Source of the DNA: Eledone cirrhosa | Lineage: Eukaryota | Direction of reading: 5' to 3' | DNA length: 64,000 bases | Assembly: GCA_964016885.1 (NCBI GenBank) | Contig: OZ024744.1 | Span: forward strand, 130,014,001-130,078,000 | The notes under the pieces: model-generated | The model's input: only the letters and a program-made list of their open reading frames with translations | Told to the model about the DNA's origin: nothing | The model's database searches: none | Shown: piece by piece, positions 37,711 to 50,600 of the stretch | Numbering within the stretch: position 1 is the stretch's first letter | Layout: every line of letters starts with the position of its first letter | Made by a program: the position numbers and the translations under genes

Positions 37711-40700
37711 TAAGTTGGGGTTAATTTAAGTTGGGGTTAAGTTAAGTCGGGGTTAAGTTGAGTTGGAGTTAGGTTAAGTTGGGGTTAAGTTAAGTTGGGG
37801 TTAAGTTAAGTTGGGGTTAAGATAAGTTGGGGTTAAGTTAAGTTGGGGTTGAGTTAATTTGGGGTTAACTTAAGTTGGGGTTAACTTAAGTCGGGATTAA
37901 GTTAAGTGGGGGTTAAGTTAAGTTGGGGTTAAATTAAGTTCGGGTTAAGTTAAGTTGGGGTTAAGTTAAGTTGGGGTTAAGTTAGGTTGGGGTTAAGTTA
38001 AGTTGGGGGTAAGTTAAGTTGGGGGTAAGTTCAGTTGGGGTTAAGTTAAGTTGGGGTTGAGTTAAGTTGGGGCTAAGTTAAGTTAGGGTTATGTTAAGTT
38101 GGGGTTAATTTAAGTTGGGGTTAAGTTAAGTTGGGGTTCAATTAAGTTGCGGTTAATTTAAGTTGGGGTTAAGTTAAGTTGGGGTTAAGTTAAGTTGGGG
38201 TTAAGTTAAGTTGGGGTTAAGTTAAGTTGGGGTTAAATTAAGTTGGGGTTAAGTTAAGTTGGGGTTAAGTTAAGTTGGGGTTAAGTTAAGTAGGGGTTAA
38301 GTTAAGTTGGGGTTAAGTTAAGTTGGGGTTAAGTTAAGTTGGGGTTAAGTTAATTTGTGGTTAAGTTAAGTTGGGGTTAAGTTAAGTTGGGGTTAAGTTC
38401 AGTCGGGGTTAAGTTAAGTCGGGGTTAAGTTAAGTTGGGGTTGAGTTAAGTTGGGGTTAAGTTAAGTTGGGGTTAAGATAAGTTGGGGTTAAGTTAAGTT
38501 GGGGTTGAGTTAAGTTGGGGTTGAGTTAATTTGGGGTTAAGTTAAGTTGGAGTTAACTTAAGTTGGGTTTAAGTTAAGTTGGGGTTAAGTTAAGTTGGGG
38601 TTAAATAAAGTTGGGGTTAAGTTAAGTTGGGGTAAGATAAGTTGGGGTTAGTTAAGTTGCGGTTAAGTTAAGTTGGGGTTAAGTTAAGTTGGGGTTAAGT
38701 TAAGTTGGGGTAAAGTTAAGTTGGGGGTAAGTTAAGTTGGGGGTAAGTTAAGTTGGGGGTAAGTTAAGTTGGGGTTAATTTAAGTTAGGTCTAATTAAGT
38801 TGGGGTTAAGTTACGTTGGGGTTAAATTAAGTTGGGGTTAAGTTAAGTTGGGGTTAAGTTAAGTTGGGGTTAAGTTAAGTTGCGGTTAAGTTAAGTTGAG
38901 GTTAAGTTAAGTAGGGGTTAAATTATGTTGGGGTTAATTTAAGTTCGGGTTAAGTTAAGTTGGGGTTAAGTTGAGTTGGGCATAAGTTAAGTTGGGGATA
39001 AGTTAAGTTGGGTTAAGTTAAGTTGGGTTTAAGTTAAGTTTGGGTTAAGTTAAGTTTGGGTTAAGTTAAGTTGGGGTTAAGTTAAGTTGGTTAGTTAAGT
39101 TGAGTTTAAGTTAAGTTGGGGTTAATTTAAGTTGGGGTTAAGTTAAGTTGGGGTTAAGTTAAGTTGGGGTAAAGTTAAGTTGGGGGTAAGTTAAGTTGGG
39201 GGTAAGTTAAGTTGGGGTTAATTTAAGTTAGGTCTAATTAAGTTGGGGTTAAGTTAAGTTGGGGTTAAATTAAGTTGGGGTTAAGTTAAGTTGGGGTTAA
39301 GTTAAGTTGGGGTTAAGTTAAGTTGGGGTTAATTTCAGTTGGGGTTGAGTTAAGTTGGGGTTAAGTTTAGTTGGGGTTAAGTTAAGTTGGGGTTGAGTTA
39401 AGTTGGGGTTAAGTTAAGTTGGGGCTAAGTTAAGTTCGGGTTAAGTTAAGTTGGTGTTAAGTTAAGTTGGGGTTAAGTTAAGTTGGGGCTAAGTTAAGTT
39501 GGGTCTAAGTTAAGTTGGGGTTAAGTTAAGTTGGGGTTAAGTTAAGTTAGGGTTAATTTAAGTTGGGGTTATGTTAAGTTGGGGTTAAGTTAAGTTGGGG
39601 TTAAGTTAGGTTGGTGTTAAGTTAAGTCGGGGGTAAGTTAAGTTGGGGGTAAGTTAAGTTGGTGTTAAGTTAAGTTGGGGTCAAGTTAAGTTGGGGTTAA
39701 GTTAAGTTGGGTTTAAGTTAAGTTGGGGCTAAGTTAAGTTAGGGCTAAGTTAAGTTGGGGCTGAGTTAAGTTGGGGTTAAATTAAGTTGGGGTTAAGTTA
39801 AGTTGGGGGTAAGATAAGTTGGGGTTAGTTAAGTTGCGGTTAAGTTAAGTTGGGGTTAAGTTAAGTTGGGGTTAAGTTGATTTGGGGTAAAGTTAAGTTG
39901 GAGTTAAGTTAAGTTGGGGTTAATTTAAGTTGGGGTTAAGTTAAGTTGGGGTTAATTTAAGTTGGGGTTAATTTAAGTTGGGGTTAAGTTAAGTTGGGGT
40001 TAAGTTAAGTTGGGGTTAAGTTAAGTTGGGGGTAAGTTAAGTTGGGGTTAAGTTAAGTTGGGGTTAAGTTGGGGTTAAGTTAAGTTAGGGTTAACTTAAA
40101 TTGGGGTTAAGTTAAGTGGTGGTTATTTTAAGTGGTGGTTATGTTAACTTGGGGTTAAGTTAAGTTGGGGTTAAGTTAAATTGGGGTTAAGTTAAGTTGC
40201 GGTTAAGTTAAGTTGGGGTTAAGTTAAGTTGGGGTTAATTTAATTAGGGTTAAGTTAAGTTGGGGTTAAGTTAAGTTGGGGTTAAGTTAAGTTGCGGTTA
40301 AGTTAAGTTGGTGTTAAGTTAAGTTGGGGTGAAGTTAAGTTGGGATTAAGTTAAGTTGGGGTTAAGTTAAGTTGGGGTTAAGTTAAGTTGGGGTTAAGTT
40401 AGATTGTTGTTAAGTTAAGTTGGGGTTAAGTTAAGTTGGGGTTAATTTAAGTTGGGGTTAAGTTAAGTCGGGGTTAAGTTGAGTTGGAGTTAGGTTAAGT
40501 TGGGGTTAAGTTAAGTTGGGGTTAAGTTAAGTTGGGATTAAGATAAGTTGGGGTTAAGTTAAGTTGGGGTTGAGTTAATTTGGGGTTAACTTAAGTTGGG
40601 GTTAACTTAAGTCGGGATTAAGTTAAGTGGGGGTTAAGTTAAGTTGGGGTTAAATTAAGTTCGGGTTAAGTTAAGTTGGGGTTAAGTTAAGTTGGGGTTA

Positions 40701-43700
40701 AGTTAGGTTGGGGTTAAGTTAAGTTGGGGGTAAGTTAAGTTGGGGGTAAGTTCAGTTGGGGTTAAGTTAAGTTGGGGTTGAGTTAAGTTGGGGCTAAGTT
40801 AAGTTAGGGTTATGTTAAGTTGGGGTTAATTTAAGTTGGGGTTAAGTTAAGTTGGGGTTCAATTAAGTTGCGGTTAATTTAAGTTGGGGTTAAGTTAAGT
40901 TGGGGTTAAGTTAAGTTGGGGTTAAGTTAAGTTGGGGTTAAGTTAAGTTGGGGTTAAATTAAGTTGGGGTTAAGTTAAGTTGGGGTTAAGTTAAGTTGGG
41001 GTTAAGTTAAGTAGGGGTTAAGTTAAGTTGGGGTTAAGTTAAGTTGGGGTTAAGTTAAGTTGGGGTTAAGTTAATTTGTGGTTAAGTTAAGTTGGGGTTA
41101 AGTTAAGTTGGGGTTAAGTTCAGTCGGGGTTAAGTTAAGTCGGGGTTAAGTTAAGTTGGGGTTGAGTTAAGTTGGGGTTAAGTTAAGTTGGGGTTAAGAT
41201 AAGTTGGGGTTAAGTTAAGTTGGGGTTGAGTTAAGTTGGGGTTGAGTTAATTTGGGGTTAAGTTAAGTTGGAGTTAACTTAAGTTGGGTTTAAGTTAAGT
41301 TGGGGTTAAGTTAAGTTGGGGTTAAATTAAGTTGGGGTTAAGTTAAGTTGGGGGTAAGATAAGTTGGGGTTAGTTAAGTTGCGGTTAAGTTAAGTTGGGG
41401 TTAAGTTAAGTTGGGGTTAAGTTAAGTTGGGGTAAAGTTAAGTTGGGGGTAAGTTAAGTTGGGGGTAAGTTAAGTTGGGGGTAAGTTAAGTTGGGGTTAA
41501 TTTAAGTTAGGTCTAATTAAGTTGGGGTTAAGTTACGTTGGGGTTAAATTAAGTTGGGGTTAAGTTAAGTTGGGGTTAAGTTAAGTTGGGGTTAAGTTAA
41601 GTTGCGGTTAAGTTAAGTTGAGGTTAAGTTAAGTAGGGGTTAAATTATGTTGGGGTTAAGTTAAGTTCGGGTTAAGTTAAGTTGGGGTTAAGTTGAGTTG
41701 GGCATAAGTTAAGTTGGGGATAAGTTAAGTTGGGTTAAGTTAAGTTGGGTTTAAGTTAAGTTTGGGTTAAGTTAAGTTTGGGTTAAGTTAAGTTGGGGTT
41801 AAGTTAAGTTGGTTAGTTAAGTTGAGTTTAAGTTAAGTTGGGGTTAATTTAAGTTGGGGTTAAGTTAAGTTGGGGTTAAGTTAAGTTGGGGTAAAGTTAA
41901 GTTGGGGGTAAGTTAAGTTGGGGGTAAGTTAAGTTGGGGTTAATTTAAGTTAGGTCTAATTAAGTTGGGGTTAAGTTAAGTTGGGGTTAAATTAAGTTGG
42001 GGTTAAGTTAAGTTGGGGTTAAGTTAAGTTGGGGTTAAGTTAAGTTGGGGTTAATTTCAGTTGGGGTTGAGTTAAGTTGGGGTTAAGTTTAGTTGGGGTT
42101 AAGTTAAGTTGGGGTTGAGTTAAGTTGGGGTTAAGTTAAGTTGGGGCTAAGTTAAGTTCGGGTTAAGTTAAGTTGGTGTTAAGTTAAGTTGGGGTTAAGT
42201 TAAGTTGGGGCTAAGTTAAGTTGGGTCTAAGTTAAGTTGGGGTTAAGTTAAGTTGGGGTTAAGTTAAGTTAGGGTTAATTTAAGTTGGGGTTATGTTAAG
42301 TTGGGGTTAAGTTAAGTTGGGGTTAAGTTAGGTTGGTGTTAAGTTAAGTTGGGGGTAAGTTAAGTTGGGGGTAAGTTAAGTTGGTGTTAAGTTAAGTTGG
42401 GGTCAAGTTAAGTTGGGGTTAAGTTAAGTTGGGTTTAAGTTAAGTTGGGGCTAAGTTAAGTTAGGGCTAAGTTAAGTTGGGGCTGAGTTAAGTTGGGGTT
42501 AAATTAAGTTGGGGTTAAGTTAAGTTGGGGGTAAGATAAGTTGGGGTTAGTTAAGTTGCGGTTAAGTTAAGTTGGGGTTAAGTTAAGTTGGGGTTAAGTT
42601 GATTTGGGGTAAAGTTAAGTTGGGGTTAAGTTAAGTTGGGGTTAATTTAAGTTGGGGTTAAGTTAAGTTGGGGTTAATTTAAGTTGGGGTTAATTTAAGT
42701 TGGGGTTAAGTTAAGTTGGGGTTAAGTTAAGTTGGGGTTAAGTTAAGTTGGGGGTAAGTTAAGTTGGGGTTAAGTTAAGTTGGGGTTAAGTTGGGGTTAA
42801 GTTAAGTTAGGGTTAACTTAAATTGGGGTTAAGTTAAGTGGTGGTTATTTTAAGTGGTGGTTATGTTAACTTGGGGTTAAGTTAAGTTGGGGTTAAGTTA
42901 AATTGGGGTTAAGTTAAGTTGCGGTTAAGTTAAGTTGGGGTTAAGTTAAGTTGGGGTTAAGTTAATTAGGGTTAAGTTAAGTTGGGGTTAAGTTAAGTTG
43001 GGGTTAAGTTAAGTTGCGGTTAAGTTAAGTTGGCGTTAAGTTAAGTTGGGGTGAAGTTAAGTTGGGATTAAGTTAAGTTGGGGTTAAGTTAAGTTGGGGT
43101 TAAGTTAAGTTGGGGTTAAGTTAGATTGTTGTTAAGTTAAGTTGGGGTTAAGTTAAGTTGGGGTTAATTTAAGTTGGGGTTAAGTTAAGTCGGGGTTAAG
43201 TTGAGTTGGAGTTAGGTTAAGTTGGGGTTAAGTTAAGTTGGGGTTAAGTTAAGTTGGGGTTAAGATAAGTTGGGGTTAAGTTAAGTTGGGGTTGAGTTAA
43301 TTTGGGGTTAACTTAAGTTGGGGTTAACTTAAGTCGGGATTAAGTTAAGTGGGGGTTAAGTTAAGTTGGGGTTAAATTAAGTTCGGGTTAAGTTAAGTTG
43401 GGGTTAAGTTAAGTTGGGGTTAAGTTAGGTTGGGGTTAAGTTAAGTTGGGGGTAAGTTAAGTTGGGGGTAAGTTCAGTTGGGGTTAAGTTAAGTTGGGGT
43501 TGAGTTAAGTTGGGGCTAAGTTAAGTTAGGGTTATGTTAAGTTGGGGTTAATTTAAGTTGGGGTTAAGTTAAGTTGGGGTTCAATTAAGTTGCGGTTAAT
43601 TTAAGTTGGGGTTAAGTTAAGTTGGGGTTAAGTTAAGTTGGGGTTAAGTTAAGTTGGGGTTAAGTTAAGTTGGGGTTAAATTAAGTTGGTGTTAAGTTAA

Positions 43701-44610
43701 GTTGGGGTTAAGTTAAGTTGGGGTTAAGTTAAGTAGGGGTTAAGTTAAGTTGGGGTTAAGTTAAGTTGGGGTTAAGTTAAGTTGGGGTTAAGTTAATTTG
43801 TGGTTAAGTTAAGTTGGGGTTAAGTTAAGTTGGGGTTAAGTTCAGTCGGGGTTAAGTTAAGTCGGGGTTAAGTTAAGTTGGGGTTGAGTTAAGTTGGGGT
43901 TAAGTTAAGTTGGGGTTAAGATAAGTTGGGGTTAAGTTAAGTTGGGGTTGAGTTAAGTTGGGGTTGAGTTAATTTGGGGTTAAGTTAAGTTGGAGTTAAC
44001 TTAAGTTGGGTTTAAGTTAAGTTGGGGTTAAGTTAAGTTGGGGTTAAATTAAGTTGGGGTTAAGTTAAGTTGGGGGTAAGATAAGTTGGGGTTAGTTAAG
44101 TTGCGGTTAAGTTAAGTTGGGGTTAAGTTAAGTTGGGGTTAAGTTAAGTTGGGGTAAAGTTAAGTTGGGGGTAAGTTAAGTTGGGGGTAAGTTAAGTTGG
44201 GGGTAAGTTAAGTTGGGGTTAATTTAAGTTAGGTCTAATTAAGTTGGGGTTAAGTTACGTTGGGGTTAAATTAAGTTGGGGTTAAGTTAAGTTGGGGTTA
44301 AGTTAAGTTGGGGTTAAGTTAAGTTGCGGTTAAGTTAAGTTTAGGTTAAGTTAAGTAGGGGTTAAATTATGTTGGGGTTAAGTTAAGTTCGGGTTAAGTT
44401 AAGTTGGGGTTAAGTTGAGTTGGGCATAAGTTAAGTTGGGGATAAGTTAAGTTGGGTTAAGTTAAGTTGGGTTTAAGTTAAGTTTGGGTTAAGTTAAGTT
44501 TGGGTTAAGTTAAGTTGGGGTTAAGTTAAGTTGGTTAGTTAAGTTGAGTTTAAGTTAAGTTGGGGTTAATTTAAGTTGGGGTTAAGTTAAGTTGGGGTTA
44601 AGTTAAGTTG
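36450..44610 (+). repeat. Three tandem copies of a 2,722-bp HOR (~171 monomers)
   Basis: TTTCAG occurs at 36615, 39336 and 42058 (spacings 2721 and 2722). The 1-bp difference matches GGGG vs GGGGG before TAAGATAAG at ~38630 vs ~41350. Confidence 0.9.
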
Positions 44611-44619
44611 GGGTTAAGT

Positions 44620-47600
44620 TAAGTTGGGGTTAAGTTAAGTTGCGGTTAAGTTAAGTTGAGGTTAAGTTAAGTTGGGGTTAAGTTAAGTTGGGGTTAAGTT
44701 AAGTTGGGGCTAAGTTAAGTTGGGGCTAAGTTAAGTTGGGGCTAAGTTAAGTTGGGGTTAAGTTAACTTTGGGTTAAGTTAATTTGGGTTTGAGTTAAGT
44801 TGGGGTTAATTAAGTTGGGGTTAAGTTAAGTTGGGGTTAAGTTAAGTTGGGGTTAAGTTAAGTTGGTGTTAAGTTAAGTTGCGGTTAAGTTAAGTTGATG
44901 TTAAGTTAAGTTGATGTTAAGTTAAGTTGGGGTTAAGTTAAGTCGGGGTTAAGTTAAGGTGGGGTTAAGTTAAGTTGGGGTCAACTAAAGTTGGGCTTAA
45001 GTTAAGTAGGGGTTAACTTAAGTTGGGGTTAAGTTAAGTTGGGGTTAAGTTGGGGTTAAATTAAGTTGGGGTTAAGTTAAGTTGGGGTTAAGTTAAATGG
45101 GGTTAAGTTAAGTTGCGGGTAATTTAAGTTGGGGTTAAGTTAAGTTGGGGTTAAGTTAAGTTGGGGGTAAGTTAAGTTGGGGGTAAGTTAAGTTGGGGGT
45201 AAGTTAAGTTGGGGTTAAGTTAAGTTGGGGGTAAGTTAAGTTGGGGGTAAGTTAAGTTGTGGTTAAGTTAAGTTAGGGTTAAGTTAAGTTGGGGTTAAAT
45301 TAAGTTGGGGTTAAGTTAAGTTGGGATTAATTTAAGTTGGGGTTAAGTTAAGTTGGGGTTAAGTTAAGTTGGGGTTAAGTTAGATTGTTGTTAAGTTAAG
45401 TTGAGGTTAAGTTAAGTTGGGGTTAATTTAAGTTGGGGTTAATTTAAGTTGGGTCTAATTAAGTTGGGGTTAAGTTAAGTTGGTGGTAAGTTAAGTTGGG
45501 GGATAGTTAAGATGGGGTTAAGTTAAGTTGGGGTTAATTTAATTTGGGGTTAAGTTAAGTTAGGGGTAAGTTAAGTTGGGGTTAAGTTAAGTTGGGGTTA
45601 AGTTAAGTCGGGGTTAATTTAAGTTGCGGTTAAGTTAAGTTGGGGTTAAGTTAAGTTGGGGTTAAGTTAAGTTGGGATTAAGTTAAGTTGGGGTTAAGTT
45701 AAGTTGGGGTTGAGTTAAGTTGGGGTTAAGTTAGATTGTTGTTAAGTTATTTTGGGGTTAAGTTAAGTTGGGGTTAAGTTAAGTTGGGGTTAATTTAAGT
45801 TGTGGTTAAGTTAAGTGGGGGTTAAGTTGAGTTGGGGTTAAGTTAAGTTGGGGTTAAGTTAAGTTGGGGTTAAGTTAAGTTGGGGTTAAGATAAGTTGGG
45901 GTTAAGTTAAGTTGGGGCTAAGTTAAGTTGGGGCTAAGTTAAGTTGGGGTTAAGTTAACTTTGGGTTAAGTTAATTTGGGTTTGAGTTAAGTTGGGGTTA
46001 ATTAAGTTGGGGTTAAGTTAAGTTGGGGTTAAGTTAAGTTGGGGTTAAGTTAAGTTGGGGTTAAGTTAAGTTGCGGTTAAGTTAAGTTGATGTTAAGTTA
46101 AGTTGATGTTAAGTTAAGTTGGGGTTAAGTTAAGTCGGGGTTAAGTTAAGGTGGGGTTAAGTTAAGTTGGGGTCAACTAAAGTTGGGGTTAAGTTAAGTA
46201 GGGGTTAACTTAAGTTGGGGTTAAGTTAAGTTGGGGTTAAGTTGGGGTTAAATTAAGTTGGGGTTAAGTTAAGTTGGGGTTAAGTTAAATGGGGTTAAGT
46301 TAAGTTGCGGGTAATTTAAGTTGGGGTTAAGTTAAGTTGGGGTTAAGTTAAGTTGGGGGTAAGTTAAGTTGGGGGTAAGTTAAGTTGGGGGTAAGTTAAG
46401 TTGGGGTTAAGTTAAGTTGGGGTTAAGTTAAGTTGGGGTTAAGTTAAGTTAGGGTTAAGTTAAGTTGGGGTTGAGTTAAGTTGGGGTTAAGTTAAGTTGG
46501 GGTTATGTTAAGTTGGGGTTAAGTTAAGTTGGGGTTAAGTTAAGTTGGGGTTAAGTTAAGTTGCGGTTAAGTTAAGTTGGGGTTAAATTAAGTTGGGGTT
46601 AAGTTAAGTTGGGATTAATTTAAGTTGGGGTTAAGTTAAGTTGGGGTTAAGTTAAGTTGGGGTTAAGTTAGATTGTTGTTAAGTTAAGTTGAGGTTAAGT
46701 TAAGTTGGGGTTAATTTAAGTTGGGGTTAATTTAAGTTGGGTCTAATTAAGCTGGGGTTAAGTTAAGTTGGTGGTAAGTTAAGTTGGGGGATAGTTAAGA
46801 TGGGGTTAAGTTAAGTTGGGGTTAATTTAATTTGGGGTTAATTTAAGTTAGGGGTAAGTTAAGTTGGGGTTAAGTTAAGTTGGGGTTAAGTTAAGTCGGG
46901 GTTAATTTAAGTTGCGGTTAAGTTAAGTTGGGGTTAAGTTAAGTTGGGGTTAAGTTAAGTTGGGATTAAGTTAAGTTGGGGTTAAGTTAAGTTGGGGTTG
47001 AGTTAAGTTGGGGTTAAGTTAGATTGTTGTTAAGTTATTTTGGGGTTAAGTTAAGTTGGGGTTAAGTTAAGTTGGGGTTAATTTAAGTTGTGGTTAAGTT
47101 AAGTGGGGGTTAAGTTGAGTTGGGGTTAAGTTAAGTTGGGGTTAAGTTAAGTTGGGGTTAAGTTAAGTTGGGGTTAAGATAAGTTGGGGTTAAGTTAAGT
47201 TGGGGTTGAGTTAAGTTCGGGTTGAGTTAATTTGGGGTTAACTTAAGTTGGGGTTAAGTTAAGTTGGGATTAAGTTAAGTTGGGGTTAAATTAAGTTGGG
47301 GTTAAATTAAGTTCGGGTTAAGTTAAGTTGGGGTTAAGTTAACTTGGGGTTAAGTTAAGTTGGGGTTAAGTTAAGTTGGGGTTAAGTTAGGTTGGGGTTA
47401 AGTTATGTTGGGGGTAAGTTAAGTTGGGGTTAAGTTAAGTTGGGGGTAAGTTAAGTTGGGTCTAATTAAGTTGGGGTTAAGTTAAGTTGGGGTTAAGTTA
47501 AGTTGGGGTTAAGTTAAGTTGGGGTTAAGTTAAGTTGGGGTTAGGTTAAGTTGGGGCTAAGTTAAGTTGGGGTTAAGTTAAGTTGGGGTTACGTTAAGTT

Positions 47601-50600
47601 GGGGGTAAGTTAAGTTGGTGGTAAGTTAAGTTGGGGGTAAGTTAAGATGGGGTTAAGTTAAGTTGGGGTTAATTTAATTTGGGGTGAAGTTAAGTTGGGG
47701 TTAAGTTAAGTTGGGGTTAAGTTAAGTTGGAGTTAAGTTAAGTTGGGGGTAAGTTAAGTTGGGGTTAAGTTAAGTTGGGGTTAAGATAAGTTGGGGTTAA
47801 GTTAAGTTGGGGTTGAGCTAAGTTGGGGTTGAGTTAATTTGGGGTTAAGTTAAGTTGGGGTTAAGTTAAGTTGGGTTTAAGTTAAGTTGGGGTTAAGTTA
47901 AGTTGGGGTTAAATTAAGTTGGGGTTAAGCTAAGTTGGGGTTAAGTTAAATTGAGGTTAAGTTAAGTTGGGGTTAATTTAAGTTGGGGTTAAGCTAAGTT
48001 GGGGTTAAGTTAAATTGAGGTTAAGTTAAGTTGGGGTTAAGTTAAGTTGGGGTTAATTTAAGTTGGGGCTAAGTAAAGTTGGGGCTAAGTTAAGTGGGGG
48101 TTAAGTTAAGTTAGGGTTGAGTTAAGTTGGGGTTAAGTTAACTTTGGGTTAAGTTAAGTTGGGTTTGAGTTAAGTTGGGGTTAATTAAGTTGGGGTTAAG
48201 TTAAGTTGGGGTTAAGTTAAGTTGCGGTTAAGTTAAGTTGAGGTTAAGTTAAGTTTGGGTTAAGTTAAGTTTGGGTTAAGTTAAGTTGGGGTTAAGTTAA
48301 GTTGGTTAGTTAAGTTGAGTTTAAGTTAAGTTGGGGTTAATTTAAGTTGGGGTTAAGTTAAGTTGGGGTTAAGTTAAGTTGGGGTTAAGTTAAGTTGGGG
48401 TTAAGTTAAGTTGCGGTTAAGTTAAGTTGAGGTTAAGTTAAGTTGGGGTTAAGTTAAGTTGGGGTTAAGTTAAGTTGGGGCTAAGTTAAGTTGGGGCTAA
48501 GTTAAGTTGGGGCTAATTTAAGTTGGGGTTAAGTTAACTTTGGGTTAAGTTAATTTGGGTTTGAGTTAAGTTGGGGTTAATTAAGTTGGGGTTAAGTTAA
48601 GTTGGGGTTAAGTTAAGTTGGGGTTAAGTTAAGTTGGGGTTAAGTTAAGTTGCGGTTAAGTTAAGTTGATGTTAAGTTAAGTTGATGTTAAGTTAAGTTG
48701 GGGTTAAGTTAAGTCGGGGTTAAGTTAAGGTGGGGTTAAGTTTAGTTGGGGTCAACTAAAGTTGGGGTTAAGTTAAGTTGGGGTTAACTTAAGTTGGGGT
48801 TAAGTTAAGTTGGGGTTAAGTTGGGGTTAAATTAAGTTGGGGTTAAGTTAAGTTGGGGTTAAGTTAAATGGGGTTAAGTTAAGTTGCGGGTAATTTAAGT
48901 TGGGGTTAAGTTAAGTTGGGGTTAAGTTAAGTTGGGGGTAAGTTAAGTTGGGGGTAAGTTAAGTTGGGGGTAAGTTAAGTTGGGGTTAAGTTAAGTTGGG
49001 GTTAAGTTAAGTTGGGGTTAAGTTAAGTTAGGGTTAAGTTAAGTTGGGGTTGAGTTAAGTTGGGGTTAAGTTAAGTTGGGGTTATGTTAAGTTGGGGTTA
49101 AGTTAAGTTGGGGTTAAGTTAAGTTGGGGTTAAGTTAAGTTGCGGTTAAGTTAAGTTGGGGTTAAATTAAGTTGGGGTTAAGTTAAGTTGGGATTAATTT
49201 AAGTTGGGGTTAAGTTAAGTTGGGGTTAAGTTAAGTTGGGGTTAAGTTAGATTGTTGTTAAGTTAAGTTGAGGTTAAGTTAAGTTGGGGTTAATTTAAGT
49301 TGGGGTTAATTTAAGTTGGGTCTAATTAAGTTGGGGTTAAGTTAAGTTGGGGGATATTTAAGATGGGGTTAAGTTAAGTTGGGGTTAATTTAATTTGGGG
49401 TTAAGTTAAGTTAGGGGTAAGTTAAGTTGGGGTTAAGTTAAGTTGGGGTTAAGTTAAGTCGGGGTTAATTTAAGTTGCGGTTAAGTTAAGTTGGGGTTAA
49501 GTTAAGTTGGGGTTAAGTTAACTTTGGGTTAAGTTAATTTGGGTTTGAGTTAAGTTGGGGTTAATTAAGTTGGGGTTAAGTTAAGTTGGGGTTAAGTTAA
49601 GTTGGGGTTAAGTTAAGTTGGGGTTAGGTTAAGTTGCGGTTAAGTTAAGTTGATGTTAAGTTAAGTTGATGTTAAGTTAAGTTGGGGTTAAGTTAAGTCG
49701 GGGTTAAGTTAAGGTGGGGTTAAGTTAAGTTGGGGTCAACTAAAGTTGGGGTTAAGTTAAGTTGGGGTTAAGTTAAGTCGGGGTTAATTTAAGTTGCGGT
49801 TAAGTTAAGTTGGGGTTAAGTTAAGTTGGGGTTAAGTTAAGTTGGGATTAAGTTAAGTTGGGGTTAAGTTAAGTTGGGGTTGAGTTAAGTTGGGGTTAAG
49901 TTAGATTGTTGTTAAGTTATTTTGGGGTTAAGCTAAGTTGGGGTTAAGTTAAGTTGGGGTTAATTTAAGTTGTGGTTAAGTTAAGTGGGGGTTAAGTTGA
50001 GTTGGGGTTAAGTTAAGTTGGGGTTAAGTTAAGTTGGGGTTAAGTTAAGTTGGGGTTAAGATAAGTTGGGGTTAAGTTAAGTTGGGGTTAAGTTAAGTTC
50101 GGGTTGAGTTAATTTGGGGTTAACTTAAGTTGGGGTTAAGTTAAGTTGGGATTAAGTTAAGTTGGGGTTAAGTTAAGTTGGGGTTAAATTAAGTTCGGGT
50201 TAAGTTAAGTTGGGGTTAAGTTAACTTGGGGTTAAGTTAAGTTGGGGTTAAGTTAAGTTGGGGTTAAGTTAGGTTGGGGTTAAGTTATGTTGGGGGTAAG
50301 TTAAGTTGGGGGTAAGTTAATTTGGGGGTAAGTTAAGTTGGGTCTAATTAAGTTGGGGTTAAGTTAAGTTGGGGTTAAGTTAAGTTGGGGTTAAGTTAAG
50401 TTGGGGTTAAGTTAAGTTGGGGTTAGGTTAAGTTGGGGCTAAGTTAAGTTGGGGTTAAGTTAAGTTGGGGTTACGTTAAGTTGGGGGTAAGTTAAGTTGG
50501 TGGTAAGTTAAGTTGGGGGTAAGTTAAGATGGGGTTAAGTTAAGTTGGGGTTAATTTAATTTGGGGTGAAGTTAAGTTGGGGTTAAGTTAAGTTGGGGTT

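Larger units (their letters stand above)
32950..44620 (+). repeat. HOR domain B: same 16-bp monomer with a different set of diagnostic variants
   Basis: TTAATTTCAG occurs at 32984, 35024, 36615, 39336 and 42058, and a GTGGTGG doublet at ~33717, 35805, 37395, 40117 and 42839. TTCAGTCGGGG and GTCGGGA also occur. I did not see these in domain A. Confidence 0.88.
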
